From: Mobula hypostoma
Taxonomy: Eukaryota
DNA length: 64,000 nt
NCBI RefSeq assembly: GCF_963921235.1
Contig: NC_086097.1
Location: 31,746,001 to 31,810,000, forward strand
Reading direction: 5' to 3'
Numbering within the stretch: the first letter of the stretch is position 1; each line of letters opens with the position of its first letter. The notes beneath the pieces are model-generated. The model saw only the letters and a program-made list of their open reading frames with translations. It did not search any database and was not told where the DNA came from. This document shows positions 1 through 12,199 of the stretch, in pieces. A program made the translations under genes and the position numbers.

Positions 1-480
1 AGGGGAAAGAAATTACTGGAAGTTGGAGAAATCGATGTTCATGCCATCAGGTTGGAGGCTACGCAGGAGAAACATGAGGTGTTGCTGCTCCAACCTGATA
101 GTGGCGTCGTTGTGGCAGTAGAGAAAGCCAGGCAGAGAGAAAGCCAGGCACAGACATGTCAGAATAAGATGGGAAGTCAAATTGTAATGGGCAGTGGCTA
201 CTGGGAAATCCTGTCTGTTGCAGAAGGAGTGAAAGTGCTTGACAAAGCGGTCCCCCAATCTATGTCAGGTCTCACTGGTGTAGAGGAGGTTGCACCAGTA
301 GCACTGATACAGTAGGCATCCCTGACAGACCCACTGATGAAGTGTTGCCTCACTTGGAAGAACTGTTCTGGGCCCTGAATGTTCGTAAGAGAGGAGGTGA
401 AGGGGCAGGTGTAGCACTTCTGCCTCTTGCAGGGATAAGTGCCAGGAAGGTGATCAGTGGGGAGGGATGCATGGACAAGA
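1..480 (-). mobile_element. Penelope-like element 3' fragment (GIY-YIG endonuclease C-terminus), degenerate
   Basis: ORFs 198-542 (GTYPCKRQKCYTCPFTSS) and 13-258 (RLEQQHL...LQPDGMNIDFSNF*) match the C-terminus of the PLE at 49540-49956. Confidence 0.85.
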
Positions 481-789
481 ATTTCAGGATAAATTCCTCT
501 GATATTAAATGGAACTATTGAATTATTGAACAAGGGATTCACAGGGATACTAACAACACAAGGATGACTAGAGAGGGACTAGATCCTCTCAAGGACCATC
601 AGGGCTGCTTACGTTTAGAACTGCAGGACATGGCCAAAGACAAATATAATGTTAACATGCATTTCAAGGGGACTAGAATATAAAGGTAAGCATATAATGC
701 TGAAACTTAATAAGACATTGTTTAGACTGCATTTAGTACATTGGAAGCAGTTTTGGGTCACTTATCTATGAAAGGATGTGCTGGTATTA

Positions 790-2645
790 GAATCAGAATC
801 AGAATCAGGTTTATTATCACTGGCATGTGACATGAAATTTGTTAACTTAGCAGCAGCAGTTCAATGCAATACATAATCTAGCAGGGAGAGAAAAAATAAA
901 CAAGTAAATCAATTACATATATTGAATAGATTTAAAAAAGTACAAAAACAGAAATACTGTATATTTTAAAAAAGTGAGGTAGTGTCCAAAGATTCAATGT
1001 CCATTTAGGAATCGGATGGCAGAGGGGAAGAAGCTGTTCCTGAATCGCTGAGTGTGTGCCTTCAGGCTTCTGTACCTCTTACCTGATGGTAACAGTGAGA
1101 AAAGGGCATGCCCTGGGTGCTGGAGGTCCTTAATAATGGATGCTGCCTTTCTGGGACACTGCTCCCTGAAGATGTCCTGAGTACTTTGTAGGCTAGTGCC
1201 CAAGATGGAGCTGACTAGATTTACAACCTTCTGCAGCTTCTTTCGGTCCTGTGCAGTAGCCCCTCCATACCAGACGGTGATGCTGCGTATTTGGAGCTTC
1301 TGATTCTTATACTGTTCCTCATCAATTGAACTGTTGGATCTCCATCCCATTGGCTCAGGTCACCTGACCTAGCTGGGTCACCTTCATACTGGTCATTGTA
1401 TAGGGCTACAACCAACATTGTTTCATGGTTCTGCCCACCCCGGTCTTGTATATTTGTGCCTTTACACTCTGACTGGTCCAAACCAGTTAAATGAGGCAAC
1501 CCAGACAGAGTCTAATGAGATTACAGATAGCTTCTTTGGTAGGTCTGGCATTTTACGTCACAAGTAGCTACTCCTCCGAAAACGGTCTCCGAGAATTGCT
1601 CTGATTAGATGGTCCCCGAGTCCATGCCCTTTACATAACAAATGGCTACTTGTTTGATAATCGTCTCAGGTTTAGCAGGTTATTACCTGAAGCTTCCTGT
1701 GTCCACATTCAGTTGCTGATTAGATTATCCAAGAGCAAGAATCAGTTTAGAGTCCACAAAAAGGGAGAACAAAACCAACTGGCTTGTCTGGGGTGCTTCC
1801 CCTGTCCTTGATTAGTCTGTAGTTTCTTCTGGCCAACAGCTGACTTGCTAAATCTCTTCAAACTCCTAATAAAGTAGAGCTGCTGTCTTGCCCTCTTTAT
1901 AACTGCATCAATATGTTGGAACCAGGTTAGATCCACAGAGATATTGACACTCTAGAACTTGAGGCTGCTCACTCTCTGCGCTTCTGATCCCTCTATGAGG
2001 ATTGGTATGTGTTCCTTCGTCTTACCCTTCCTGAAGTCCACGATCAGCTCTTTTGTCTTACTGATGTTGAGTGCCAGGTTGTTGCTGCGGCACCATTCCA
2101 CTAGTTGGCATATCTCACTCCTGTACGCCCTCTCATCACCACCTGAGATTCTACCAACAATGGTTGTATCATCAGCAAATTTGCAGATGGTGTTTGAGCT
2201 ATGCCTAGCCACATGGTCATGTGTATACAGAGAGTAGAGCAGTGGGCTAAGCATACACCCCTGAGGTGCACCAGTGTTGATCGTCAGCAGGGAGGATATG
2301 TTATCACTGATCTGCAGACTGTGGTCTTCTGGTTAGGAAGTCGAAGCTCCAATTGCAGAGGGAGGTACAGAGGCCCAGGTTCTGTAACTTCTCAATCAGG
2401 ATTGTGGGAATGATGGTATTAAATGATGGTTCTAGTTGATGAACAGCATCCTGACGTAGGTGTTTGTGTTGTCCAGGTGGTCTAAAGCCATGTGGAGAGC
2501 CATTGAGATTACACCTGCTGTTGACCTATTGTGGCGATAGGCGGATTGCAATGGGTCCAGGTCCTTACTGAGGCAGGAGTTCAGTCTAGTCATGACCAAC
2601 CTCTCAAAGCATTTCATCACTCTTGATGTGAGTGCTACCAGGTGA
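790..2645 (-). mobile_element. Rex1/Babar-like non-LTR retrotransposon, 5'-truncated and frameshifted, inserted in a + strand CR1 fragment (~640-790 and ~2650-3095)
   Basis: ORFs MMKCFERLV...[21 protein letters not shown]...KFADDTTIVG and HPGHALFSLLPSGKRYRS...SFFPSAIRFLN; (ATTCTG)n tail at ~790-810. Confidence 0.8.
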
Positions 2646-3279
2646 AATGTATAAGAATGATCCTAGTCATAAAAGGGTTAATGCATGAGGAATGTTTCAT
2701 GACTTTGGGCCTGTTCTCACCGGAATTCAGAAGAATAAGGGAATCTCATTGAAACCAATTGGATATTGAAAGGTCTAGATGGAATGGACATGGAGAGGAT
2801 GTTTCCTATAGTGGGGGAGTCTGGACCAGAGTAAACAGCTTCAGAAAAGATGCCCTTTTAGAACAGAGGTAAGATGGAATTTCTTTAGACAGAGGGTGGT
2901 GAATCTGTGCAATTCGTTGCCACAGATGGCTATGAGTATGTTTAAGGCAGAAGTTGATAGATTCTTGATTAGTAAAGGTGTCAAAGGTTACGGGGAGATG
3001 GTGGGAGAATGGAGTTGAGAGAGAAATTAAATCAGCCATGATTGAATGGCAGGGAAAACACGATGGGCCAAATGCTCTGACGTCTTATGGTTTTATGCCC
3101 TAAAAAATGGTTATGAGCTAGATTTAGCAGGAAGGGTTAAATATAATCCAGGAGGTTCTTCAGTTGTCTTATTGTAACAGTCTCTGAAGAGACTAGGTGC
3201 TCCTAAAGATTATCAGGGATGCAGATGTGTGGAGCTGCTGAAGCTGGAGATTTTTAAGGTCTATTTCTCCTCAGTGTTT

Positions 3280-6110
3280 AGAACCATAGAAACCATAGAA
3301 ACTACAGCATAGAAATAGGCCCTCTGGCCCTTCTTGGCTGTGCCGAACCATTTTCTGCCTAGTCCCACTGATCTGCACACGGACCAGATCCCTCCATACA
3401 CCTCCCATCCATGTATCTGTCCAATTTATTCTTGAATGTTAAAAAAGAACCCGCATTTACCACCTCGTCTGGCAGCTCATTCCATACTCCCATCACTCTC
3501 TGTGTGAAGAAGCCCCCCCTAATGTTCCCTTTAAACTTTTCCCCCCTCACCCCTAACCCACGTCCTCTGGTTTTTTTCTCCCATTGCCTCAGTGGAAAAA
3601 GCCGGCTTGCATTCACTCTATCTATACCCATCATAATTTTATATACCTCTAACAAATCTCCCCTCATTCTTCTGCGCTCCAGGGAATAAAGTCCTAACCT
3701 ATTCAACCTTTCTCTGTAACTGAGTTTCTCAAGTCCCGGCAACATCCTTGTAAACCTTCTCTGCACTCTTTCAACCTTATTTATATCCTTCCTGTAATTT
3801 GGTGACCAAAACTGAACACAATACTCCAGATTCGGCCTCACCAATGCCTTATACAACCTCATCATAACATTCCAGCTCTTACACTCAATACTTTGATTAA
3901 TAAAGGCCAATGTACCAAAAGCTCTCTTTACGACCCTATCTACCTGTGACGACACTTTTAGGGAATTTTGTATCTGTATTCCCAGATCCCTCTGTTCCAC
4001 TGCACTCCTCAGTGCCGTACCATTAACCCTGTATGTTCTACGTTGGTTTGTCTTTCCAACGTGCAATACCTCACACTTGTCAGTATTAAACTCCATCTGC
4101 CATTTTTCAGCCCATTTTTCCAGCTGGTCCAAGTCCCTCTGCAGGCTCTGAAAACCTTCCTCACTGTCTACTACACCTCCAATCTTTGTATCATCAGCAA
4201 ACTTGCTGATCCAATTTACCACATTATCATCCAGATCATTGATATAGATGACAAATAACAATGGACCCAGCACTGATCCCTGTGGCACACCACTAGTCAC
4301 AGGCCTCCACTCAGAGAAGCAATTCTCTACCACCACTCTCTGGCTTCTTCCATCGAGCCAATGTCTAATCCAATTTACCACCTCTCCATGTATACCTAGC
4401 GACTGAATTTTCCTAACTAACCTCCCATGCGGGACCTTGTCAAAGGCCTTACTGAAGTCCATGTAGACAATACCCACTGCTTTCCCTTCATCCACTTTCC
4501 TGGTAACCTCCTCGAAAAACTCCAACAGATTGGTCAAACATGACCTACCACGCACAAAGCCATATTGACTCTCCCTAATAAGCCCCTGTCTATCCAAATG
4601 CTTGTAGATTCTGTCTCTTAGTAGTCCCTCCAATAACTTACCTACTACTGACGTTAAACTCACCGGCCTATAATTTCCCGGATTACTTTTTGATCCTTTT
4701 TTAAACAACGGAACAACATGAGCCACTCTCCAATCCTCCGGCACTTCACCCGTAGACAGCGACATTTTAAATATTTCTGCCAGGGCCCCCGCAATTTCAA
4801 CACTAGTCTCCTTCAAGGTCCGAGGGAACACTCTGTCAGGTCCCGGGGATTTATCCACTTTAATTTTCCTCAAGACAGCAAGCACCTCCTCCTTTTCAAT
4901 CTGTACAGTTTCCATGGTCTCACTACTTGATTCCCTCAAGTCCATAGATTTCATGCCAGCTTCCTTAGTAAATACAGACGCAAAAAACCTATTTAAGATC
5001 TTCCCCATTTCCTTTGGTTCCGCACAAAGCCGACCACTCTGATCTTCAAGAGGACCAATTTTATCCCTTACAATCCTTTTGCTCTTAATATACTTGTAAA
5101 AGCTCTTTGGATTATCCTTCACTTTGACTGCCAAGGCAACCTCATGTCTTCTTTTTGCCCTCCTGATTTCTTTCTTAAGTATTTTCTTGCACTTCTTATA
5201 CTCCTCAAGCACCTGATTTACCCCCTGTTTCCTATACATTTCATAAAACTCCCTCTTCTTCTTTATCAGAGTTGCAATATCCCTTGAGAACCAAGGTTCC
5301 TTATTCCTATTCAATTTGCTTTTAATCCTGACAGGAACATACAAACTCTGCACTCTCAAAATTTCCCCTTTGAAGGCTTCCCACCTACCAATCACATCTT
5401 TGCCAGAGAACAACCTGTCCCAATCCATGCTTTTTAGATCCTTTCTCATTTCTTCAAATTTGGCCTTCTTCCAGTTCAGAACCTCAAACCTTGGACCAGA
5501 TCTATCCTTGTCCATGATCAAATTGAAACTAATGGTGTTATGATCACTGGAACCAAAGTGCTCCCCTACACAGACTTCTGTCACTTGCCCTAATTCGTTT
5601 CCTAACAGGAGATCCAATATTGCATCCCCTCTAGTTGGTCCCTCTATATACTGATTTAGAAAACTTTCCTGAACACATTTTACAAACTCTAAACCATCTA
5701 GACCCCTAACAGTATGGGAGTCCCAATCAATGTATGGAAGATTAAAATCTCCTACCACCACAACTTTATGTTTCCTGCAGTTGCCTGCTATCTCTCTGCA
5801 GATTTGCTCTTCCAAGTCTCGTTGACTATTGGGTGGTCTGTAATACAATCCCACTAATGTGGCCATACCTTTCCTGTTTCTCAGCTCCACCCATAAGGAC
5901 TCAGTAGACAAGCCCTCTAATCTGTCCTGCCTGAGCACTGCTGTAATATTCTCCCTAACAAGCAAAGCTACTCCCCCACCTTTCATTCCTCTGCCTCGAT
6001 CACATCTGAAACATCTGAACCCTGGAATATTAAGCTGTCAGTCCTGCCCCTCCTGTAGCCAAGTTTCACTAATTGCTACAACATCATAATTCCACGTGTC
6101 AATCCACGCC
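3280..6110 (-). mobile_element. CR1-clade LINE with near-complete, uninterrupted ORF2 (APE endonuclease + RT)
   Basis: 875-aa ORF 3359-5986 with [48 protein letters not shown] and CR1 C-terminal motifs; (ATGGTTTCT)n tail near 3280-3300. Confidence 0.95.
3359..5986 (-). CDS. CR1 ORF2 endonuclease/reverse transcriptase (5'-truncated, open for 875 codons)
   Basis: ORF track; complete RT motif set with no internal stops. Confidence 0.85.
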   Translation of the reverse strand: MKGGGVALLVRENITAVLRQDRLEGLSTESLWVELRNRKGMATLVGLYYRPPNSQRDLEEQICREIAGNCRKHKVVVVGDFNLPYIDWDSHTVRGLDGLEFVKCVQESFLNQYIEGPTRGDAILDLLLGNELGQVTEVCVGEHFGSSDHNTISFNLIMDKDRSGPRFEVLNWKKAKFEEMRKDLKSMDWDRLFSGKDVIGRWEAFKGEILRVQSLYVPVRIKSKLNRNKEPWFSRDIATLIKKKREFYEMYRKQGVNQVLEEYKKCKKILKKEIRRAKRRHEVALAVKVKDNPKSFYKYIKSKRIVRDKIGPLEDQSGRLCAEPKEMGKILNRFFASVFTKEAGMKSMDLRESSSETMETVQIEKEEVLAVLRKIKVDKSPGPDRVFPRTLKETSVEIAGALAEIFKMSLSTGEVPEDWRVAHVVPLFKKGSKSNPGNYRPVSLTSVVGKLLEGLLRDRIYKHLDRQGLIRESQYGFVRGRSCLTNLLEFFEEVTRKVDEGKAVGIVYMDFSKAFDKVPHGRLVRKIQSLGIHGEVVNWIRHWLDGRSQRVVVENCFSEWRPVTSGVPQGSVLGPLLFVIYINDLDDNVVNWISKFADDTKIGGVVDSEEGFQSLQRDLDQLEKWAEKWQMEFNTDKCEVLHVGKTNQRRTYRVNGTALRSAVEQRDLGIQIQNSLKVSSQVDRVVKRAFGTLAFINQSIECKSWNVMMRLYKALVRPNLEYCVQFWSPNYRKDINKVERVQRRFTRMLPGLEKLSYRERLNRLGLYSLERRRMRGDLLEVYKIMMGIDRVNASRLFPLRQWEKKTRGRGLGVRGEKFKGNIRGGFFTQRVMGVWNELPDEVVNAGSFLTFKNKLDRYMDGRCMEGSGPCADQWD

Positions 6111-7079
6111 TCTTCTTTACTAAGAAGAAATGTGGGTAATAAGTAGGGAGAGATTTTGCAACATTTACATATTACAAGGAAGGAAGTACTTGCAGACTTG
6201 AAGCACATTAAGGTGGGCAAACCCTCACGTCCTAACCAGGTGCCCCACTGGACTGAACAGGAAGCCAGGGAAGAAATTGTAGAGACTGTTATAGTGATAT
6301 TTGCTTCATCATTAGCCAGTTGAAGTTCCAGAAGACTGGATGATTCATAGTTCAAAGTAAATTTATTGTCGAAGTGCAATAATGTCATCACATAGAACCC
6401 TAAAATTTGTTTTCTTGCGGGCAAGCTCAGAAAATCCAGGAAACATAAAAGGATCAGTGAAAGAATGCACCCAATGGGATGGACAAATGACCAGTGTGCA
6501 AAAGACAACAAATTGTACAAATACAAAAAAATAAAAATAAATAAATAAACAAACAAACAAATAAATAAATAAGCAAGCAATAAATATCAAGAACATAAGA
6601 TGATGAAGAGTTCTTGAAAGTGAGTCCAGAAGTTATGTGAATAGTTCAGTGATGGGGCAAGTGAAATTGAGTGAAGTTAGCCCCTTTGGTTCAAAAGCCT
6701 GATGGCTGAGGGGTAATAACTGTTCCTGAACCCGGTTGTGTGGGTCCTGAGACTCCTGTATCTTTTTCCTGATGGTAGCAATGAGAAGAGAGCATGGCCA
6801 GGGTGGTAGGGGTTCTTGATGATGAATGTTGCTTTCTGTGTAGATGTGCTCAATGTTGGGGAGGGCTTTACCTGTGATGGACTGGGCCATATCCACTACT
6901 TTTTGTAGGATTTTCCATTCAAGGGCATGGGTGTTTCCATACCAAGCTGTGATGCAATCAGCTCAATATATTCTCTGCCACACATCTATAGAAGTTTGTC
7001 AAAGTTTTAGATGTCACGCCGAATCTTTGCAAACTGCTAAGAAAGTAAAGTCGCTGCTGTGCTTTCTTCATAATTTGCC

Positions 7080-8318
7080 TATCGCACTAACAGGTCAACA
7101 GAGGATACCATCTCCACGGCACTTCATTCTGCCCTGCCCCAATTCTTACATCAGAATGCTGTTCATTGACTTTAGTTCGGCATTCAATGCAGTGATCCCC
7201 ACCAAGCTGATCACCAAATTTCGCCAGCTTGTTATCAGCTTATCCCTCTGCAATTGGACCTTGGACTTGCTGACTAACAGACCCCAATCTGTTAAGTTAG
7301 ACAACCTCTCCTCCTCCACTCTCACCCTGAACAACAGCGTGCCTCAAGGCTGTGTGCTGAGCCCTCTTCTGTACTCCCTTTTCACCTATGACTGTGTTCC
7401 TGTACACGGTTCTAACTCCATAATCAAGTTCGCAGACGACACCATGGTGGTTGGCCTGAGAAGAGGGGATGACAAAACGGCCTACAGGGACGAGGTCCAG
7501 CACCTGGCCACGTGATGTGCTGATAACAAGCTGGCCCTTAACACCCAGAAGACCAAGGAGATCATTGTGAACTTCAGGCATGCTAGGAGCCACATTCATG
7601 TCCCCATTTACATCAACGGAGCTGTAGTGGAGTGTGCATCAAGCTTCACATTCCTTGGTGTCCACATTTCCGAGGATCTCAGCTGGTCCCTGAACTCCTC
7701 CATCCTGATCAAAAAGGCACAACAGCACCTTTATTTCCTGCGGAGCATCAAGAAAGCTCACCTCCGTCCCAGGATACTGACGGACTTTTACCGCTGTACC
7801 ATTGAGAACATACTCACCAACTGCATCTCAGTGTGGTATGGCAATTGTCCCATATCGGACCGCAAAGCTCTCCAGCGTGTGGTGAAAACTGCTCAGCGGA
7901 TTATCGGCACCCAATTGCCCAGCATCGGGAACATCTATCATAAACGCTGCCTGGGCAGGACGAAAAGCATTATCAAGGATGCATCTCACCCTAACCATGG
8001 ACTTCATACTCTCCTCCCATCCAGTAGGCGCTACAGGAGCCTCTGTTCCTGCACCAGCAGGCTCAGGAAGAGCTTCTTCCCCGAGGTTGTGACCCTGTTG
8101 AACCTCACATCACAGCGCTAAGCAGTATTGCCCCCATATTGTACTGTCTCAGTACTTTTATATTTGTGTGCTGTAGCACTTACTTTTTATTCGCAGTTAT
8201 TTTGTAAATAATACTATTCTTTTGCACTTCTGGTTAGATGCTAATTGTATTTCATTGGCTTTGTATCTGTACTCGGCACAATGACAACAGAGTTGAATCT
8301 AATCTGATCTAATCTAAT
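7080..8318 (+). mobile_element. Rex1/Babar-like LINE 3' portion, nested
   Basis: [63 protein letters not shown]; (AATCT)n tail at ~8297-8318. Confidence 0.88.
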
Positions 8319-8859
8319 TGCACTTAGGTGCTGGGCCTAGGACAGATGCTCTGAAATGATAACACTGAAAAATTTAAAGATGCTGACCCTCTCCACCTCT
8401 GACCCCCAATGAGGACGGGGTCAAGGACCTCTGGTTTCCCCCTCCTAAAGTCATAATCAGCTCCTTGATCTTGTGACATTGTGTGAGCAATTGTTGTAGC
8501 ACCACTCAGCCAGATTTTCAGTTTCCCTCCTATATGCTGATTCATTACCACCTTTGATTTGGCCAACAACAGTGGTGTCGTCAGCAAATTTACATATGGC
8601 ATTGGTGTGCTTAGCCTCAGTCGTAAGTGAGTAGAGCAGGGGGCTAAGCTCACAGTCTTGTGATACACCTGTGCTGATGGGGATTGTGAGGAGATGTTTT
8701 TGCCAATCTGAACTGACTGGGGTCTGCAAGTCAGGAAATCGAGGATCCTATTGCGCAAGGAGGTATTGAAGCCAAGATCTTGAAGCTTATTGATTAGTTT
8801 TGGTGGGACGATAGTATTGAATGCCAAGCTGTGGTCGATAAAGAACATCCTGATGTATC

Positions 8860-10040
8860 AATAGACAATAGACAATAGGTGCAGGAGTAGGCCATTCGGC
8901 CCTTCGAGCCAGCACCACCATTCACTGTGATCAAGGCTGATCATCCACAATTAGTACCCCGTTCCTGCCTTCTCCTCATATCCCTTGACTCTGCTATCAT
9001 TAAGAGCTCTATCTAACTCTTTCTTGAAAGCATCCAGAGAATTGGCCTCCACTGCCTTCTGAGGCAGAGCATTCCACAGATCCACAACTCTCTGGGTGAA
9101 AAAGATTTTCCTCAACCCCGTTCTATATGGCCTACCCCTTATTCTCAGACTATGGCCTCTGGTTCTGGACTCCCCCAACATTGGGAACGTGTTTCCTGCC
9201 TCTAGTGTGTCCAATCCCTTAATAATCTTACATGTTTCAATTAGATCCTCTCTCATCCTTCTAAATTCCAGTGTATACAAGCCCAGTCGCTCCAATCTTT
9301 CTACATATAACAGTCCTGCCACCCCAGGAATTAACCTTGTGAACCTACACTGCACTCCCTCAATAGCAAGAATGTCCTTCCTCAAATTTGGAGACCAAAA
9401 CTGTACACAATACTCCAGGTGTGGTCTCACCAGGGCCCTGTACAACTGCAGAAGGACCTCTTTGCTCCTATACTCAACTCCCCTTGTTATGAAGGCCAAC
9501 ATGCCATTAGCTTTCTTCACTGCCTGCTGTACCTGCATGCATACTTTCAGTGACTGATGTACAAGGACACCTAGATCTCGTTGTACTTCCCCTTTTCCTA
9601 ACTTGATACCATTCAGATAAGAATCAGCCTTCCTGAACTTGCCACCAAACTGGATAACCTTATACTTAACCACATTAAACTGCATCTGCCATGCATCTGC
9701 CCACTCACCCAACCTGTCCAAGTCATCCTGCATTATCATAACATCCTCCGCACATTTCACACTGCCACCCAGTTTTGTGTCATTTGCAAATTTGCTAATG
9801 TTACTTTTAATCCCTTCACCTAAATCATTAATGTATATTGTAAATAGCTGTGGTCCCAGCACTGAGCCTTGCGGTACCCCACTAGTCACTGCCTGCCATT
9901 CTGAAAGGGACCCGTTAATCCCTACTCTTTGTTTCCTGTCTACCAACCAATTTTCTCTCCATGTCAGTACCCTTCCCCCAATACCATGTGCTCTAATTTT
10001 GCCCACTAATCTCCTATGTGGGACCTTACCAAAGGCTTTC
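8860..10040 (-). mobile_element. CR1 LINE 3' fragment, nested
   Basis: ORF 8951-10006 with [30 protein letters not shown]; (CTATTGT)n tail. Confidence 0.92.
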
Positions 10041-10498
10041 TGTCCTTATCTTCTGTCTTCTGTATCCGTCTTTGCTGTCCGGATGTTCCAGTGTTGAGTG
10101 AAGAGCCAATGAAATGGCATTTGCTGTGGATCTGTTGTGATAGTGGGCAAATTGAGGTAGATCAAAGTTGCTTCTCAGGCAGGAGTTGATATGTTTCTTC
10201 ACAACCTCTTAAAGCACTTCATCACAGTAGATGTAAGTGCTACAGGGCGATAATCATTGAGATAGGTTGCCACATTCTTCTTAGGCACTGATACAGTATA
10301 ATTGAAGCCTGCTCGAAGCAGGTGGGTACCTCAGATGGTGGTTAATGTTTCTTTGTTCAATAGTAGCAAGGACAGGGCAGGAGACTACAGGCTGGTGAGC
10401 CTGAGTTCAGTTGTAAGGAAGTTACCAAAGGTAACTCTGAGGGACAAGATCGACCATCACTTGCATAGTCAAGGCATGATCAGGAATAGTCGGCATGG

Positions 10499-10534
<36 letters not shown>

Positions 10535-10668
10535 TCATGTCTGATAGACATTTAGGAATTTTTCAAAGAGGTAACTAAGGGGATAAATGAAGTTAGGACA
10601 GTAGATGTTGTCTATATAAACTGTAGTAAGGACTTTGACAAGGACCTGCCTGGCAGGCTGATCTGAAC

Positions 10669-10891
10669 TGTTGTGTATGTGGCCTGGTTACACAACAATG
10701 CTATTAATAAAAATGCTGGAGACGGGAGCTAAGGTTCATGGTTCTTTACTGGCAGAAACCAAACTCAGCACACACGTACAGATCAATACGCGCCTAATAG
10801 TGCATGCTCAATATGCGCCCAGTAGCGCATTCAACGACGTGATACTAAAACTTAAAGTAGTCTCTTATTATACTGTAGGCTATATGGTACA
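10669..10891 (-). repeat. 3' LTR (223 bp)
   Basis: Direct repeat of 13761-13983; about 14 substitutions and no indels by manual alignment. Confidence 0.95.
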
Positions 10892-10904
10892 CTCCTCCCC
10901 TTTT
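10892..10904 (-). promoter_or_regulatory. Polypurine tract
   Basis: Minus-strand AAAAGGGGAGGAG directly abuts the 3' LTR. Confidence 0.9.
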
Positions 10905-11081
10905 ATTTTAATAGTGTATCAACTGTTTTTTTTACTGGGGCACTATGCTAAACAAATATGTTTACCCTTAACATACAAATGCCTACCGTTTGTTTACTTA
11001 GTAACTAAATAATATCAAACTAAAACAAAGTAACATAATAATATCAAATTAGCCTTTTTTTACTTTTGGTCTAAGATCCAT

Positions 11082-11135
11082 TTATAACTCGAGTCTCGGG
11101 GGGGGTCTTCTCTGCCTCTCTGGGTAATATCTGTC
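11082..11135 (-). pseudogene. Residual C-terminal tip of Gypsy pol (integrase end)
   Basis: Translates to DRYYPERQRRPPPRLEL*, resembling the RYPxRxRxPPxRL ending common in vertebrate Gypsy pol proteins. Confidence 0.6.
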
Positions 11136-11241
11136 AATAAATTTGTTTGTTTAAATACAGATTTCCATATAAAAGTCATGAAAAGTTGACCTCTGATCAT
11201 AGGGAGTTAAGAAGATGTGCGCCTCCAACTTGCTAAGAGTT

Positions 11242-12174
11242 CTAGGCAGCAGATTGCCTCCATATAATGAAGACTCCTCTGTGCAGCTGTACTAGATATA
11301 TATGCATCTTTGTGCTATCACTTGTCTTCTTTACCCATATCTCATTTGTTCCAACTGAGCTAATTACACAGCCAATCTTCATATTTGCCTTAGATTCCAA
11401 ATAGATAGCCTGACCTTTATGATACCATCTCTTATCGTAATATAACTTTCCATCTTCTATTCGTGCTTCATATCTTTGTGCTACTGATTCAGCAGGAATG
11501 CTGGGAAGATGCTCAGGAGAAGACTGAGTCTTTTCGGAGATTTAAGCTTATTGCAAGTTCACAGATCTTCCATTATCTGTTCATCTGTCTGTTAATAAGT
11601 AATTTAACTGCGCAGGTGCAGGTTTTTGTCTTTTGTCTGTAATTGGAACAGGGTCATTGGGTCTCCTCCTTAGTTTCCTAGTCATTATTGGCTTTACCTC
11701 CATAGAATCTCCTGTGAGTTCCATTGTTAGCCTCTCATTCTCAATCATCTTTTTCTTTTCTTCTAACTCAATTGTTTTATCTTCAAATTCCTTCACTGCT
11801 GCTTTCTTCTCTTTAATATAATTCCTTTCCACTTGTTCTGTCTCCAGTTGCAGAAAAAGCTCTGCATTTCGTATTCTTTCCTTGTATTGTTGATCTAGTT
11901 TCTTCATCCTTTTCTGATACTCCTGCAAAGTGCCTTCCTGTAACTGCTGTAGCTATCTTTTGAGAGACGTCAATTTCTCCTGGTACATCTGCTCTTTTAC
12001 TTCCAGGTAGTCTTCATTATCCTGCTTATTGGCAATATCTGTCTCACTTGCATCCTCTGTATCTTCATCTGAGTCATGGCCACGGATACTGCATTCATCC
12101 TCATCGTCGACACTGTCTAGCTCCTCATCGTCATTGTAATAGTCGACAATGGGTGAGAAGAGAGCTGCAGACAT
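11242..12174 (-). pseudogene. SUDS3: Processed (intronless) SUDS3/SDS3 retrocopy, full CDS length, disabled
   Basis: Reads MSAALFSP...[13 protein letters not shown]...[73 protein letters not shown]...[27 protein letters not shown]...[19 protein letters not shown]...RQSAA*, recognisable as vertebrate SDS3. Stop at 11953-11955; frameshifts near 11585 and 11525. Confidence 0.95.
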
Positions 12175-12199
12175 CTTCCCTGCCGAGCTGCCCTCCTTT

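Larger units (their letters stand above)
6345..10335 (-). mobile_element. Degenerate Rex1-like LINE in three pieces (~6345-7075, ~8320-8858, ~10050-10335)
   Basis: ORFs 6633-6896, 8324-8848 and 8457-8729 ([19 protein letters not shown]); sequence is collinear across the two nested insertions. Confidence 0.7.

Noticed and set aside
1357..1370. Estrogen response element
   Set aside because: The half-sites are separated by 2 nt rather than the canonical 3.
3411..6089. Antisense ORFs overlapping CR1 ORF2 (also at 9096-10097, 24759-25536, 44659-45414)
   Set aside because: These are typical shadow frames of LINE coding sequence with no independent motifs.
10671..11012. Duplicated ORFs 10671-11012 and 13667-14029 as paralogous genes
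   Set aside because: They are chance translations of the two LTRs.
11242..12174. SUDS3 as a functional gene
   Set aside because: It is intronless, lies inside an LTR element, and has nonsense codons and frameshifts.
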